Shown: positions 1-9,716, counted from the first letter of the stretch. The stretch: 40,266 nucleotides of DNA from Zetaproteobacteria bacterium (GCA_021545645.1 JAJRWP010000108.1:1-40266), one strand, 5' to 3'. Numbers and translations are program-made. Notes: generated by a model from the sequence alone, not told the origin.

Positions 1-376
1 ACTGATCGCTAAACCACGCCCAATTGGCTTCGAAATGAAAGCCCTCATCATCGGGCATGCCGAGCATCCATTCACCGAATTCATGGGTAAAATAAAAAAT
101 CGGCGGCATGGTCAGCGGATTGGTAATCCACACCAATGCCACCGATATGGGAATATTGACCCGAAAAAAAACAGCCATCGCCGCCGCAATAACCATTTGG
201 AACGGCAGCGGAATAAAAGCGCATAAAATACCGATAAAAAACGCCCCGGCGACCGAATGCCGATTAAGATGCCAGAGCGCCGGATTGTGCAGGCAGGTTC
301 CGAAAAAACGTAAACACTTTTGCTCACGGATTTTCCTGTGGTCCGGCATGTAGCGTTGGATAAACTTTCGCGGCAT
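1..376 (-). CDS. DUF2062-family membrane protein (C-terminal part cut off by window edge)
   Basis: Absent from the ORF track because it is open at the window edge. Hand translation of the minus strand from ATG 376..374 gives MPRKFIQRYMPDHRKIREQKCLRFFGTCLHNPALWHLNRHSVAGAFFIGILCAFIPLPFQMVIAAAMAVFFRVNIPISVALVWITNPLTMPPIFYF... This matches my recollection of the conserved DUF2062 N-terminus. The listed ORF 112..411 is in another frame. Confidence 0.7.
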   Translation of the reverse strand, partial: MPRKFIQRYMPDHRKIREQKCLRFFGTCLHNPALWHLNRHSVAGAFFIGILCAFIPLPFQMVIAAAMAVFFRVNIPISVALVWITNPLTMPPIFYFTHEFGEWMLGMPDDEGFHFEANWAWFSDQ

Positions 377-442
377 CGTTGTATCATGCAACGCTCGAAC
401 CCATCAGGCAATCACCGATTGCAAAAAGCCCCAGAAATATCC

Positions 443-1978
443 TCAATCCATGCGCGGAAATACCGGCGCAGGCTTGCCACAAACATGCCCTTCGGACAAC
501 AAACCCCAACCGCCAGAATCGGCCAGCGATAAGCTCTCAACACGAATATCCGCATTCATAATCTGTGCCAGCATCAACGAACATTTCTTCGGCATAAACG
601 GCGAAAGCTGCAACACAATCAGGCGCAAGGATTCAATCAGATGATACAACACCGTCGCCAAACGCAGATGATCGCCCTGCTTGAACAGCGCCCACGGCGC
701 ATTTTCCTCGACATAACGATTGCCATGCCGAACCACCGCATGAATTTTCTCCAGCGCCTCGTGAAACGCCTGCCGCTGCATCGCTGCATCGACATCGCGC
801 TGCATCGCCTCGACAGCCGCCACCAGAGACCGGTCTATTTCCTGTTCACTGCCGATGGCCGCCAGCGCACCATCCTGATATTTGTGCAACATGGAAAGCG
901 AACGGTTGAGCAGATTGCCCATATCGTTAGCCAATTCGGTGTTATAACGCTGCTTGAGGGCGGAAAAAGAGAAATCGCCGTCTTGTCCGAAAGGCACTTC
1001 GCGCAGCAGAAAATAACGGATGGTATCGGCATCGTATGTCTCAAGCAGCTTATCCAGTTGCAAGGCATTGCCCTTGGATTTGCTCATTTTCGCACCTTCC
1101 ACAGTCCACCAGCCGTGCGCAAAAATACGCTTGGGCAACGGCAACCCGGCGGCCATCAGCATGCACGGCCAATACACGGCATGAAAACGTAAAATATCCT
1201 TGCCAATCAAATGCACATCGGCTGGCCACTGCGCTGAAACATCGTCGGGAAATCCGGCCGCAGTCAAATAGTTGGTCAGCGCATCGATCCACACATAAAT
1301 CACATGTTTCTCATCGCCGGGAACCGGAATCCCCCACGAAAACGTGGTACGCGACACCGATAAATCGCGCAGGCCGCCTTCGACAAAACGCAACACCTCG
1401 TTACGCCGCGATTCCGGCCCGATGAAATCGGGATGGGCATGGATATGGTCGAGCAATTTCTGCTGATAATCGCCAAGCCGGAAGAAATACGATTCTTCTT
1501 TCACTTGTTCGACTGCACGGGTGCAATCCGGACAGACTTTATCCTCCCAGCGCCCGGCATCTTTGAGCTGCGTGCCGGTCCAATAGGTCTCGCAAGGCAC
1601 GCAATACCAATCCTCGTAAAAACCCTTATAGATAGCGCCTGCTTTATCCAAACGCTGCCACATTGCGGTCACTGCTTTTTTGTGCCGCGCCTCGGTGGTG
1701 CGAATAAAATCATCATTGGAGATTTCCAGCGACGGCCACAAGCTGCGATAACGCTCGACCACGGCATCGGCCAGTTCAATGGATTGAATGCCGCGCGCCT
1801 CGGCCGCCTGCTCCACCTTTTGCCCGTGTTCATCGACCCCGGTGAGGAAAAACACATCGCCCCCGGACATACGGTAATGCCGCGCCAGCACATCGGCGGC
1901 AATCGTTGTATAGGCATGGCCGATATGCGGTTCATCGTTCACATAATAAATCGGCGTCGTTACATAATAACTTTGCAT
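443..1978 (-). CDS. metG: methionyl-tRNA synthetase, short form without the C-terminal tRNA-binding domain
   Basis: 511 aa. Class I signature HIGH (PHIGHAY) near the N-terminus, KMSKS (KMSKSKGN), and Cys knuckles CVPCETYW / CPDC. ATG start confirmed at 1978. Confidence 0.95.
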   Translation of the reverse strand: MQSYYVTTPIYYVNDEPHIGHAYTTIAADVLARHYRMSGGDVFFLTGVDEHGQKVEQAAEARGIQSIELADAVVERYRSLWPSLEISNDDFIRTTEARHKKAVTAMWQRLDKAGAIYKGFYEDWYCVPCETYWTGTQLKDAGRWEDKVCPDCTRAVEQVKEESYFFRLGDYQQKLLDHIHAHPDFIGPESRRNEVLRFVEGGLRDLSVSRTTFSWGIPVPGDEKHVIYVWIDALTNYLTAAGFPDDVSAQWPADVHLIGKDILRFHAVYWPCMLMAAGLPLPKRIFAHGWWTVEGAKMSKSKGNALQLDKLLETYDADTIRYFLLREVPFGQDGDFSFSALKQRYNTELANDMGNLLNRSLSMLHKYQDGALAAIGSEQEIDRSLVAAVEAMQRDVDAAMQRQAFHEALEKIHAVVRHGNRYVEENAPWALFKQGDHLRLATVLYHLIESLRLIVLQLSPFMPKKCSLMLAQIMNADIRVESLSLADSGGWGLLSEGHVCGKPAPVFPRMD

Positions 1979-2002
1979 ATTCGCTTTTACTCCTGCAAAA
2001 AA

Positions 2003-2980
2003 TCAGGCGGCTTGTTTAAGTTCGCGCAAGGCTATACGCAGAGACAGCATGTGCGCCAGCAATGTCGGTGCCGGGCGCAATGTGCGCCGCCGCACCTCCG
2101 TCGGCCATGCCGCCAAATCGCACGCCGCATCCAGCAGCGCATCAATATGCGTCATGGAAGCCCCCCGCTGGTCCAACAATCGCTGCTCAATCAAATCGCT
2201 AACAACATCGACAATCAACGCATGCGGTATCTTGGCAACATGACGGTTGATCCACTGCTGCACCTGCCCAATATCGAATACCTCGATATGAGCAAGCATC
2301 GTCTGCCATGCCAGCAAGGCATCCGCCACCTCCATATCGGCCAATGCCGCCACTTTGCCCGGTTGCCCGGCGGCAAGACATAGCGCCAACGGCATCGCTT
2401 GCGGCGGCACTTGCATATCCGTCAAAATCGTCTGCATCGCATCGTCGGGTAAGGGCGAAAGGTATTGCAACAGGCAACGCGAGCGCACCGTCGCCGGTAA
2501 GCTAAGCACATCCTCGCAAACCAACAGCAGCAAACTTCCCGCTGCCGGTTCTTCCAACATTTTAAGCAGCGCATTGGCGGTTTGCACATTCATGTGCCCG
2601 GCCTCGCCAATCAAGGCAACGCGGCGCACCGATTCAGAGCCGCTCAGCGAAAGAAACCCAAGCAAATTGCGCACCTGCTCAATTTTCACATCCCGGTTCA
2701 GTCGCTTTGTTTTTTCATTCCATTCGCGCTCAAGCAACATAAAATCGGGATGACTGCCCGCCGCCGTCATCCGGCAATCGTGACATTCGCCGCAGGCCGG
2801 ACGGGATACGCCCGCCACCCGATTCTCTTTGCAAAGATAGGCCCGCGCCATCGCCTGCGCCGTCGCCCGCTTGCCGATACCCTCCTGGCCGTGCAACAGC
2901 CATGCATGATGCAATGTTCCCGTTTCCATTTGCTGCTGAAAACGCTGGATAACGGCATCGTGCCCAAGCACTTCACTCAC
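2003..2980 (-). CDS. holB: DNA polymerase III delta-prime subunit
   Basis: 325 aa. HAWLLHGQEGIGKRATAQAMARAYLC clamp-loader AAA+ motif plus a Cys-rich zinc module (CGECHDC). Canonical position after tmk. The GTG start overlaps the tmk stop (GTGA). Confidence 0.9.
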   Translation of the reverse strand: MSEVLGHDAVIQRFQQQMETGTLHHAWLLHGQEGIGKRATAQAMARAYLCKENRVAGVSRPACGECHDCRMTAAGSHPDFMLLEREWNEKTKRLNRDVKIEQVRNLLGFLSLSGSESVRRVALIGEAGHMNVQTANALLKMLEEPAAGSLLLLVCEDVLSLPATVRSRCLLQYLSPLPDDAMQTILTDMQVPPQAMPLALCLAAGQPGKVAALADMEVADALLAWQTMLAHIEVFDIGQVQQWINRHVAKIPHALIVDVVSDLIEQRLLDQRGASMTHIDALLDAACDLAAWPTEVRRRTLRPAPTLLAHMLSLRIALRELKQAA

Positions 2981-3606
2981 GAAAAAACACCTTTAAGAAC
3001 ATCGCGTACCTGCTGCTGCACCGTTTCGGCATCCGTAGCGGCATCAATTCTGCGCCAACGCGCCGGTTCCGCCTCAAACATCGCCGTAAAAGCATCGCAA
3101 ACACGTTGATGGAAGCTTTGCTGTTCTTCATCAAGACGGCTTGCTGTTTCGCCGCCTGCCACGCGGCTGCGCATGCGGATCAGTGCATCGCTGACCGGCA
3201 AATCGAACCACAAGGTCAAGGCTGGAGATACGCCCAATTCGGCTGTTTTCAGTAATTGTTCCAACACCTGCGCGTCCAGCGCCCGCCCGGCCAGTTGGTA
3301 GGCGCGCGTGGAATCGCTAAAACGGTCGCAAAGCACCACCGCACCGCGTTGCAATGCCGGTTGAATCACCTCGCGCACATGCTGCGTCCGGTCGGCCAGA
3401 AACAGCAGCAATTCGGTTTCCGGCTGCGGAATATGCTCGCCGCTGAGCAACAGGCTGCGAATCTCCGCACCCAATGCAGTGTCGCCCGGCTCGAAGGTTT
3501 CCACAACCTGCAAACCCTTCTCGCGCAGCCAAGCTGCGGTCAATTTGCGCTGTGTCGTCTTGCCGCAACCGTCGATGCCTTCAAAGCTGATAAAATGTCC
3601 GCTCAT
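2977..3606 (-). CDS. tmk: thymidylate kinase
   Basis: 209 aa. P-loop FISFEGIDGCGKTTQ, DRF motif (CDRFSDST). Conserved pabC-mltG-tmk-holB order. Confidence 0.95.
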   Translation of the reverse strand: MSGHFISFEGIDGCGKTTQRKLTAAWLREKGLQVVETFEPGDTALGAEIRSLLLSGEHIPQPETELLLFLADRTQHVREVIQPALQRGAVVLCDRFSDSTRAYQLAGRALDAQVLEQLLKTAELGVSPALTLWFDLPVSDALIRMRSRVAGGETASRLDEEQQSFHQRVCDAFTAMFEAEPARWRRIDAATDAETVQQQVRDVLKGVFS

Positions 3607-3866
3607 ACCGATCCTCTACACGTTCTTTCCGGTTGATAAGCATAGCGGCCAAGCACCTCAAGCTCCAGTTCGTCGGGCAGCGAAGCCAACCATGCATCCA
3701 ATTGCTGCTGCTGGGCGCGTGTACTCCAAAGCTCGTGTTCGCCGGGACCACCGCCCTGACTGCGCAAGGTCGCCAAGCCTTCTTCGCCGCATAATATGCC
3801 TTGAAAACGCACCACCGAACGATTCGGCAAGCGCACGCGCACAATCCATGTATCGAAATCGCTCAC
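3603..3866 (-). CDS. hypothetical small protein (87 aa) filling the mltG-tmk gap
   Basis: This is the 3' part of tracked ORF 3603..4130. A GTG at 3866..3864 overlaps the mltG stop (GTGA). The TGA stop at 3605..3603 overlaps the tmk ATG (ATGA). There is no stop for 87 codons in what would otherwise be a 256-nt intergenic gap, and codon choice resembles the neighbouring genes. I recognise no homology. Confidence 0.4.
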   Translation of the reverse strand: MSDFDTWIVRVRLPNRSVVRFQGILCGEEGLATLRSQGGGPGEHELWSTRAQQQQLDAWLASLPDELELEVLGRYAYQPERTCRGSV

Positions 3867-4852
3867 CGGCTGCGTTCCACCTGCATCCAGTGCCGCACAT
3901 TGCGGTTGTGTTCTTCCAATGTAGCGGCAAACGCATGCCCACCGCTGCCATCGGCGACAAAATACAAATAATCCACGTCCGCCGGATGCGCCGCCGCACG
4001 CAGGCTGGCCTTGCCCGGATTGCAAATCGGCGTCGGCGGCAGCCCCTTGCGCGTGTATGTATTCCACGCCGTATCGCGTTTCAGATCGCGTTTGCGGATA
4101 TTGCCGGAAAACGCATGATCCTCGCGCCACAAGCCGTAAATCACCGTCGGATCCATCTGCAAAGCCATGTTGCGCTGCAAACGATTGCGTATCACTGCGG
4201 CAATGATTGGCCGCTCCGCATCGAGAGCCGTTTCCTTTTCGACAATCGACGCAACAATGCGTAAATCCCGCGCATTGAGGCCATCGGCAAGCAAGGATTG
4301 AATTTCACGCGTCTGCGCGCGCAACATATCAATCAAAATGCGCTCGGCATTCACCGGTTTACGGTAGCTATAGGTTTCCGGCAGCAGCAAACCTTCGCCG
4401 TCGCGTCCGCCCCCCTCTCCCCCACCTAAAACACCTTGATAGGCCTGCGTCCACATGTTCACCGGCGTACCGGTATGCTTGGCCAGCAATGCCAATATTT
4501 CATCACTGCGCAAACCTTCCGGTACTGTCAGCCGGTGTAATACCACATCGCCGCGCCGCAAACGCTCCAACAGCGCAAGCAGGTTCGCTGCCTCAGAAAA
4601 ACGGTATTCGCCGCTCTGCAAATCCAGCGCCTCGCCGCGCAAACGCGCCAAGATGCGAAACATCAGTGCCGAACGAATTACCCCGTTTTGCTCAAGTTTT
4701 TGTGCAATCGCCTGTGTCGATGCGCCGGGGGCAATCACCAACAGCTGCGCAGTGGCGGGTTTAAACGGCGACAAAAACTGAAATGCAAAAAAACCACCAA
4801 TGCCGATGAGCAACAAGGCGACAGTTAAGAAAAATGCTTTTTTCAAATGCAT
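3863..4852 (-). CDS. mltG: endolytic murein transglycosylase MltG (YceG family)
   Basis: Start moved to the internal ATG at 4852 (MHLKKAFFLTVALLLIGIGGFFAF, an N-terminal TM anchor). YceG signature ASIVEKETALDAERPIIAAVIRNRL. Overlaps the pabC end by 10 nt. Confidence 0.9.
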   Translation of the reverse strand: MHLKKAFFLTVALLLIGIGGFFAFQFLSPFKPATAQLLVIAPGASTQAIAQKLEQNGVIRSALMFRILARLRGEALDLQSGEYRFSEAANLLALLERLRRGDVVLHRLTVPEGLRSDEILALLAKHTGTPVNMWTQAYQGVLGGGEGGGRDGEGLLLPETYSYRKPVNAERILIDMLRAQTREIQSLLADGLNARDLRIVASIVEKETALDAERPIIAAVIRNRLQRNMALQMDPTVIYGLWREDHAFSGNIRKRDLKRDTAWNTYTRKGLPPTPICNPGKASLRAAAHPADVDYLYFVADGSGGHAFAATLEEHNRNVRHWMQVERSR

Positions 4853-5625
4853 AACGACTCCGGCACGCCCGTTTCTCCGGCGAATACTGCCAATAATTCG
4901 TCGAAACAAGCGCCATTCGTCGCCAGTCTGCGCCCGTTCACAGAAGCGACTGCGCGCACAAAACAAACGCTGTTACAAATCGCCAGCGCATCGCAAACCG
5001 CCAGCCAATCCAGCGGACAAGATGCCAATTCGATGCGCCCGGCATCAAGCAATGCGCCGCGAATCACGCCGGGCAATACCGCATCCGTATCCGGCGATAA
5101 CCAACGGCCATGCACATGCAGCAAAATATTCGCCGTTTCCATGGCCAATACCTCGCCGTCGCCGGTAAACAACGCCTGCTCATCCTCGCCGAGCAAGCCG
5201 CTGTGCCGTGCCTGATGCAACAAACGAATAGTCGCCGCGTAATCGGCGGTGAATTTAGCGTTGCGCGCCATGCCGCCGAACGGCCACGGCAAGCTGCGCA
5301 AATGAATCGCTTGCACCGGCTGCCGATACGGCCATGCCTGCACATGCACTTGCGGCTGGCGGCTATTTTCCGACAACAGACCGCGCGACGCATGCCCGCC
5401 GCTCACTGTTAAACGCAGCAGAACATCATCATTGGTTTTTTTAGCAGCTTGTAAATCTCCGGCTGCTTGCAAACAACGCGACAATAAATCATCCGGGCAA
5501 ATCAAGCCGAACTGCGCCAAACCCCTGCTTAAGCGCGCCTCGTGTACCGACCAGCGAAAAATCGCGCCACGCACAACACGCACCGTCTCAAAACAGGCCT
5601 CGGCATACAATAAACCGCGATCCAA
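4843..5625 (-). CDS. pabC: aminodeoxychorismate lyase (class IV PLP aminotransferase fold)
   Basis: 260 aa. N-terminal DRGLLYAEACFETVRV resembles the class IV motif (DRG..YGDG.FET). Lies directly upstream of mltG as in the E. coli pabC-yceG-tmk-holB cluster. TTG start; no upstream in-frame ATG/GTG/TTG before the stop. Confidence 0.7.
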   Translation of the reverse strand: MDRGLLYAEACFETVRVVRGAIFRWSVHEARLSRGLAQFGLICPDDLLSRCLQAAGDLQAAKKTNDDVLLRLTVSGGHASRGLLSENSRQPQVHVQAWPYRQPVQAIHLRSLPWPFGGMARNAKFTADYAATIRLLHQARHSGLLGEDEQALFTGDGEVLAMETANILLHVHGRWLSPDTDAVLPGVIRGALLDAGRIELASCPLDWLAVCDALAICNSVCFVRAVASVNGRRLATNGACFDELLAVFAGETGVPESLCI

Positions 5626-5717
5626 TGAGTTCTCGAAATGAGCATGTTCGGAAATATTCGCCTCCGCATAAGCGCATTGTTACTTTCAAGCCAAGCCATC
5701 GCATGCTATAAGCTCGC

Positions 5718-7238
5718 ATGCCGCATTCATACCTCGACACATACATTGATGCCATCGAACATGCCCGTGTTTACGATATCGCCCGCGAAACGCCGCTGGA
5801 AGCAGCGCCGCAACTGTCGGCCAAGCTGCGTAACGAGGTGCTGCTCAAACGCGAGGACATGCAACCCGTATTCTCCTTCAAACTGCGCGGAGCCTACAAC
5901 AAAATCGCCCAAATGAGCGATGCCGAATGCGCGCACGGGGTTATTTGTGCCTCGGCTGGCAATCACGCGCAAGGCGTGGCCATGAGCGCCAGCAAACGCG
6001 GCTGCAAAGCGGTGATTGTCATGCCGCGCACCACCCCGGATATCAAAGTACACGCCGTGCGCACGCTCGGTGCGGAAGTGGTATTGCAAGGCGATTCGTA
6101 TTCCGATGCATCCTTGCATGCGCGTAAATTATGCGCGGAAAACGGCATGCATTTTGTGCACCCCTACGACGATCCGCTGGTGATTGCCGGTCAGGGTACG
6201 ATTGCCGAAGAAATGCTGCGCCAAACACCGCGCGATATGGATGCTGTGTTTGTACCCATCGGCGGCGGCGGTCTGATTGCCGGTATGGCTGTTTATTTGA
6301 AACATTATTCGCCGAATACGCGCATCATCGGCGTCGAGCCGGTGGATTCCGCAGCCATGCACGATTCGATTGCCGCAGACGAACGTATTGTGCTCGAACA
6401 GGTGGGGATTTTTGCCGACGGCGTTGCCGTTAAGCAGGTCGGCGAACACAGCTTCGATCTGGTGCGCCGTTTTGTGGATGAAATCATTCTTGTCGATACC
6501 GATGAAATCTGCGCCGCCATCAAGGATATTTTCGACGACAACCGCTCGATTGTCGAACCGGCAGGTGCTTTAGGCGTCGCTGGCATGAAAAAATACGTGC
6601 AGCGCGAAGCTGTGCAAGGACAACTCTTGGCCTGCATCAACAGCGGCGCAAACATGAATTTCGACCGCATGCGCCATGTCGCCGAACGCACCGAAATGGG
6701 TGAAAAACGCGAAGCTGTTTTCGCCGTAACCATTCCCGAAAAACCGGGCTCGTTTCTCACTTTCTGCCGGATTATGGGCGACCGCAGCATCACCGAATTC
6801 AATTACCGGCTGTCCGGGCGCGGCAAAGCGCATGTGTTTGTCGGTGCGGCCATCCATGATGGCGGAGAAATGCAGCAACTGGAGCAGAGCTTGCGCGACA
6901 ACGGTTACCCGGTGATCAATCTGATGGATAACGAACTGGCCAAACTGCATATCCGCCACATGGTCGGCGGGCGCAGCGACTTGGTACACGATGAAGTGTT
7001 GTTCCGTTTCGAATTTCCGGAACGCCCCGGCGCGCTGCTCGACTTTCTCAGTCAATCCGCCGGACGCTGGAATATCTCGTTGTTTCATTACCGCAACCAC
7101 GGCGCTGCGTTTGGCCGCGTACTGGTCGGCCTAGAGGTTCCGTCCGACGAGCGCGATGACCTGCACCTTTTTTTCGAAGATCTCGGTTTTAACTACGTCG
7201 ATGAAACCGATAATCCCGCCTATCACATTTTTTTGTAG
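5718..7238 (+). CDS. ilvA: biosynthetic threonine dehydratase (threonine ammonia-lyase) with two C-terminal regulatory domains
   Basis: 506 aa. PLP-lysine motif SFKLRGAYNK, glycine loop GGGGL, and a length consistent with the two-ACT-like-domain biosynthetic form. Confidence 0.95.
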   Translation: MPHSYLDTYIDAIEHARVYDIARETPLEAAPQLSAKLRNEVLLKREDMQPVFSFKLRGAYNKIAQMSDAECAHGVICASAGNHAQGVAMSASKRGCKAVIVMPRTTPDIKVHAVRTLGAEVVLQGDSYSDASLHARKLCAENGMHFVHPYDDPLVIAGQGTIAEEMLRQTPRDMDAVFVPIGGGGLIAGMAVYLKHYSPNTRIIGVEPVDSAAMHDSIAADERIVLEQVGIFADGVAVKQVGEHSFDLVRRFVDEIILVDTDEICAAIKDIFDDNRSIVEPAGALGVAGMKKYVQREAVQGQLLACINSGANMNFDRMRHVAERTEMGEKREAVFAVTIPEKPGSFLTFCRIMGDRSITEFNYRLSGRGKAHVFVGAAIHDGGEMQQLEQSLRDNGYPVINLMDNELAKLHIRHMVGGRSDLVHDEVLFRFEFPERPGALLDFLSQSAGRWNISLFHYRNHGAAFGRVLVGLEVPSDERDDLHLFFEDLGFNYVDETDNPAYHIFL

Positions 7239-7262
7239 ATTTGTTTGCAGAATGCTTAACAC

Positions 7263-8276
7263 TTATCCATCTGATTGCACTGCCAAACTGCGCTTCAGCA
7301 GATAAAACGCATGCAGCACAGTTTGACTGCGCACCGCCGCCCGTGAACCGGAAAAATGGAAACATTCTGAATACATCCCGCCATCCGGCAGCGCAATAGC
7401 AATCCAAACCGTGCCTAGCGGTTTATCTTCACTCGCACCGCCCGGTCCGGCAATGCCGCTGACCGCAACACAGGCATGCTGTTTATCGCCGCCGCCCTTG
7501 GCCATCGCCTCCACCACTTCGCGGCTTACTGCGCCGTGTTTTTCGATCAGGCGTTTAGAGACACCGAGCAGCCGATGCTTGGCGTCATTGCTGTAAGTCA
7601 CCCAAGCCCCGTCCAATATCTCGGAAGAACCGGGCAAACGGCTGAACCGTTCGGCCATGCCGCCCGCCGTGCACGATTCGGCGAAACGCAGCTGCAAACC
7701 ACGTGCTTTCAATGCCTGCATCAGAGCTTCTTCGGGCAAATAACCGCCGTCGTTCAACAACAATGCGCTGGTTTGCGACGCTGCGAAAGAACAGGACATG
7801 CCTATTTCCAGCGCACAGGAACCAGCATCGTCGAGCTGCACATGCATCGGCAACAACGGCTGACTGTCATTCAGCTTTTTTAGCCAAATGGAACGACCAT
7901 AGGCGATATCGCCCAGCGGCAATAAAAGCACCCGCGACGGGCCGGGATTATTGCTAAAACACCATGCCCGGCGCTGCGGATTATCCAGTGCAAACGACGG
8001 CACGCCAAGCAGTCCGCACTGGCCGTTTTCCTCAACCTGCATACGTTTCCCGAAATGCAGGGCCACGCGCATCAATTCGGATTCGCTGGCAAAAAACACA
8101 TACCAATCCGCCGCCCGCTTCCAAGCCTCCTGCTCCAACATACACAAATCGACGGCATGCATACCTGCGGAAAATAGCCATGCCTTCAGCCAGCCCGGTG
8201 TGATGCCGGAGGCGACCAATTGTGCCAATCCTGCTTCGCTGAGCACCAGTTGCGCGCGTGCGCCGCCTTTATTCAT
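7263..8276 (-). CDS. PncC/CinA-family nicotinamide-nucleotide amidase domain fused to an unrecognised N-terminal domain
   Basis: The C-terminal roughly 150 aa carry the CinA_C signature LRFAESCTAGGMAERFSRLPGSSEILDGAWVTYSNDAK...VSGIAGPGG. Start set to ATG 8276, which overlaps the pgpA stop (ATGA). The N-terminal 185 aa (7722..8276) do not resemble the usual MoCF-binding CinA domain. Confidence 0.8.
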   Translation of the reverse strand: MNKGGARAQLVLSEAGLAQLVASGITPGWLKAWLFSAGMHAVDLCMLEQEAWKRAADWYVFFASESELMRVALHFGKRMQVEENGQCGLLGVPSFALDNPQRRAWCFSNNPGPSRVLLLPLGDIAYGRSIWLKKLNDSQPLLPMHVQLDDAGSCALEIGMSCSFAASQTSALLLNDGGYLPEEALMQALKARGLQLRFAESCTAGGMAERFSRLPGSSEILDGAWVTYSNDAKHRLLGVSKRLIEKHGAVSREVVEAMAKGGGDKQHACVAVSGIAGPGGASEDKPLGTVWIAIALPDGGMYSECFHFSGSRAAVRSQTVLHAFYLLKRSLAVQSDG

Positions 8277-8776
8277 GCGATATAAACAACATATACGACA
8301 TAAAGCGCATACCCCGCCATAAGACTTAACGCGGCAAACAACCCGGCCAATAAATCGTCGGCATGAATGGACCACCATGCAGGGCCGATGTGTTCAACGC
8401 GCCGTATCAGCCACGGTTTCCAAATATCGAAAAGCCGAAATGCGGCAAAAGCCAAGCCGAAATACAACCACGACTGACCGGCAAACCATAAAAACAGAAG
8501 TAAGGTGAGCCACTGCCCCAGCCACTCGTCGATCACCACCCAGCCCGGATCCTTATCCGCCGATGCCGGTAATGCGATATAGGTGGACCAACAAGCAAGC
8601 GGAAGCAGCAACAGCCACATCACAAACAACAGATTCAAACTATGCACATCGACAAGCCAATAACCGACAACAAGTGCGGCCAAACTACCGGCAGTACCGG
8701 GCGCAAACGGAACCCATCCGCTGCCGAATCCGGCGGCAACAAAACGCGCAAAGCTAAGCAAAACACACCTGCTCAA
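8273..8776 (-). CDS. pgpA: phosphatidylglycerophosphatase A
   Basis: 167 aa membrane protein. FGSGWVPFAPGTAGSLAA and DIWKPW motifs. Follows thiL as in many proteobacteria. Confidence 0.9.
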   Translation of the reverse strand: MSRCVLLSFARFVAAGFGSGWVPFAPGTAGSLAALVVGYWLVDVHSLNLLFVMWLLLLPLACWSTYIALPASADKDPGWVVIDEWLGQWLTLLLFLWFAGQSWLYFGLAFAAFRLFDIWKPWLIRRVEHIGPAWWSIHADDLLAGLFAALSLMAGYALYVVYVVYIA

Positions 8777-9705
8777 GAAAAATGATCATAGCCCCGCCGT
8801 ATCATATTGATGTTTTTTCCGTCCAGCGTCGCCTTGACCCCTGAGCCCGGCGTGCAACGTCCGATGCGCGTCGCCAGCGCCGTTAAATGCTCGCGCAGAT
8901 TTTCAGATGCCGTAAATAGCAACGCATAATCCTCACCACCGGACAGCAATAATTCTAGTGCTTCATTGCGCGATAAAAATGCGCAGAGTGCAAAAAAACC
9001 GGGAACTTTTTCCACTGCAATCTCAATTCCCACAACGGAAGCCGCCGCCACATGCCCGGCATCGGCCAGCAAACCGTCGCTGACATCAATGCAACAGCAC
9101 ACACCGATTTCTCTTAGTTGAATACCCGCATCCAACTGCGGTGTTATTTCCCGAAACGCCCTGATACCTTCTTGCGAACGATTCCCTTGCTGCCATTGCT
9201 GCAATGCATAGGCCGCCAATCCCGCATGCCCGCATAACCACACATCGTCGCCGACACATGCCGCATCGCGGCGCATCGCTTTTCCTTTGGGTAACATACC
9301 AGCCACGGTAACGGACAGACTGTTGATTTCTGCATGTACGGTATCGCCGCCGGCCAATTCAATATCACGATCTGCCAATGCCATCGCAATACCTGCGCCC
9401 ATCTGTTCGGCGGATTGCGCATCCGCAACAGCAGCGCAACACCACAGCCAGCAAGCCTCTGCGCCCATCGCTGCCAAATCGGAAAGTGCTGCATTCACTG
9501 CCCGGCAAGCGGCATCGGCAAGTGGAAAATCATGCGGCCAATGCACCCCGGCCATCGACATATCGCTGCTGACAACCAAATCGCAAGCGGCAGGCAGGGT
9601 ATGCACCGAGGCATCGTCACCGTTACTGAGGCGTGTTGAAGGATGGATAAAAGGAGCTTTGCGTCGAAACGCCTGCCGAATCAGCTCAAATTCATGCATC
9701 GGCAT
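8773..9705 (-). CDS. thiL: thiamine-monophosphate kinase
   Basis: 310 aa AIR-synthase-like fold. N-terminal EFELIRQAF...GDDASV motif. nusB-thiL-pgpA order. Confidence 0.9.
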   Translation of the reverse strand: MPMHEFELIRQAFRRKAPFIHPSTRLSNGDDASVHTLPAACDLVVSSDMSMAGVHWPHDFPLADAACRAVNAALSDLAAMGAEACWLWCCAAVADAQSAEQMGAGIAMALADRDIELAGGDTVHAEINSLSVTVAGMLPKGKAMRRDAACVGDDVWLCGHAGLAAYALQQWQQGNRSQEGIRAFREITPQLDAGIQLREIGVCCCIDVSDGLLADAGHVAAASVVGIEIAVEKVPGFFALCAFLSRNEALELLLSGGEDYALLFTASENLREHLTALATRIGRCTPGSGVKATLDGKNINMIRRGYDHFS

Positions 9706-9716
9706 ATCCGTCTTAA

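Noticed and set aside
112-411. Tracked ORFs 112..411(-) and 108..353(+) at the left edge.
   Set aside because: Another minus-strand frame, open to the window edge, encodes a clearly DUF2062-like protein. These two ORFs are overlapping shadow frames.
3603-3866. Possible PilZ-type motif (N-R-S-V-V-R resembling D/NxSxxG) in the 87-aa bridging ORF.
   Set aside because: The Gly is missing, there is no upstream RxxxR element at the right distance, and the peptide is too short for a PilZ barrel. The ORF is kept only as hypothetical.
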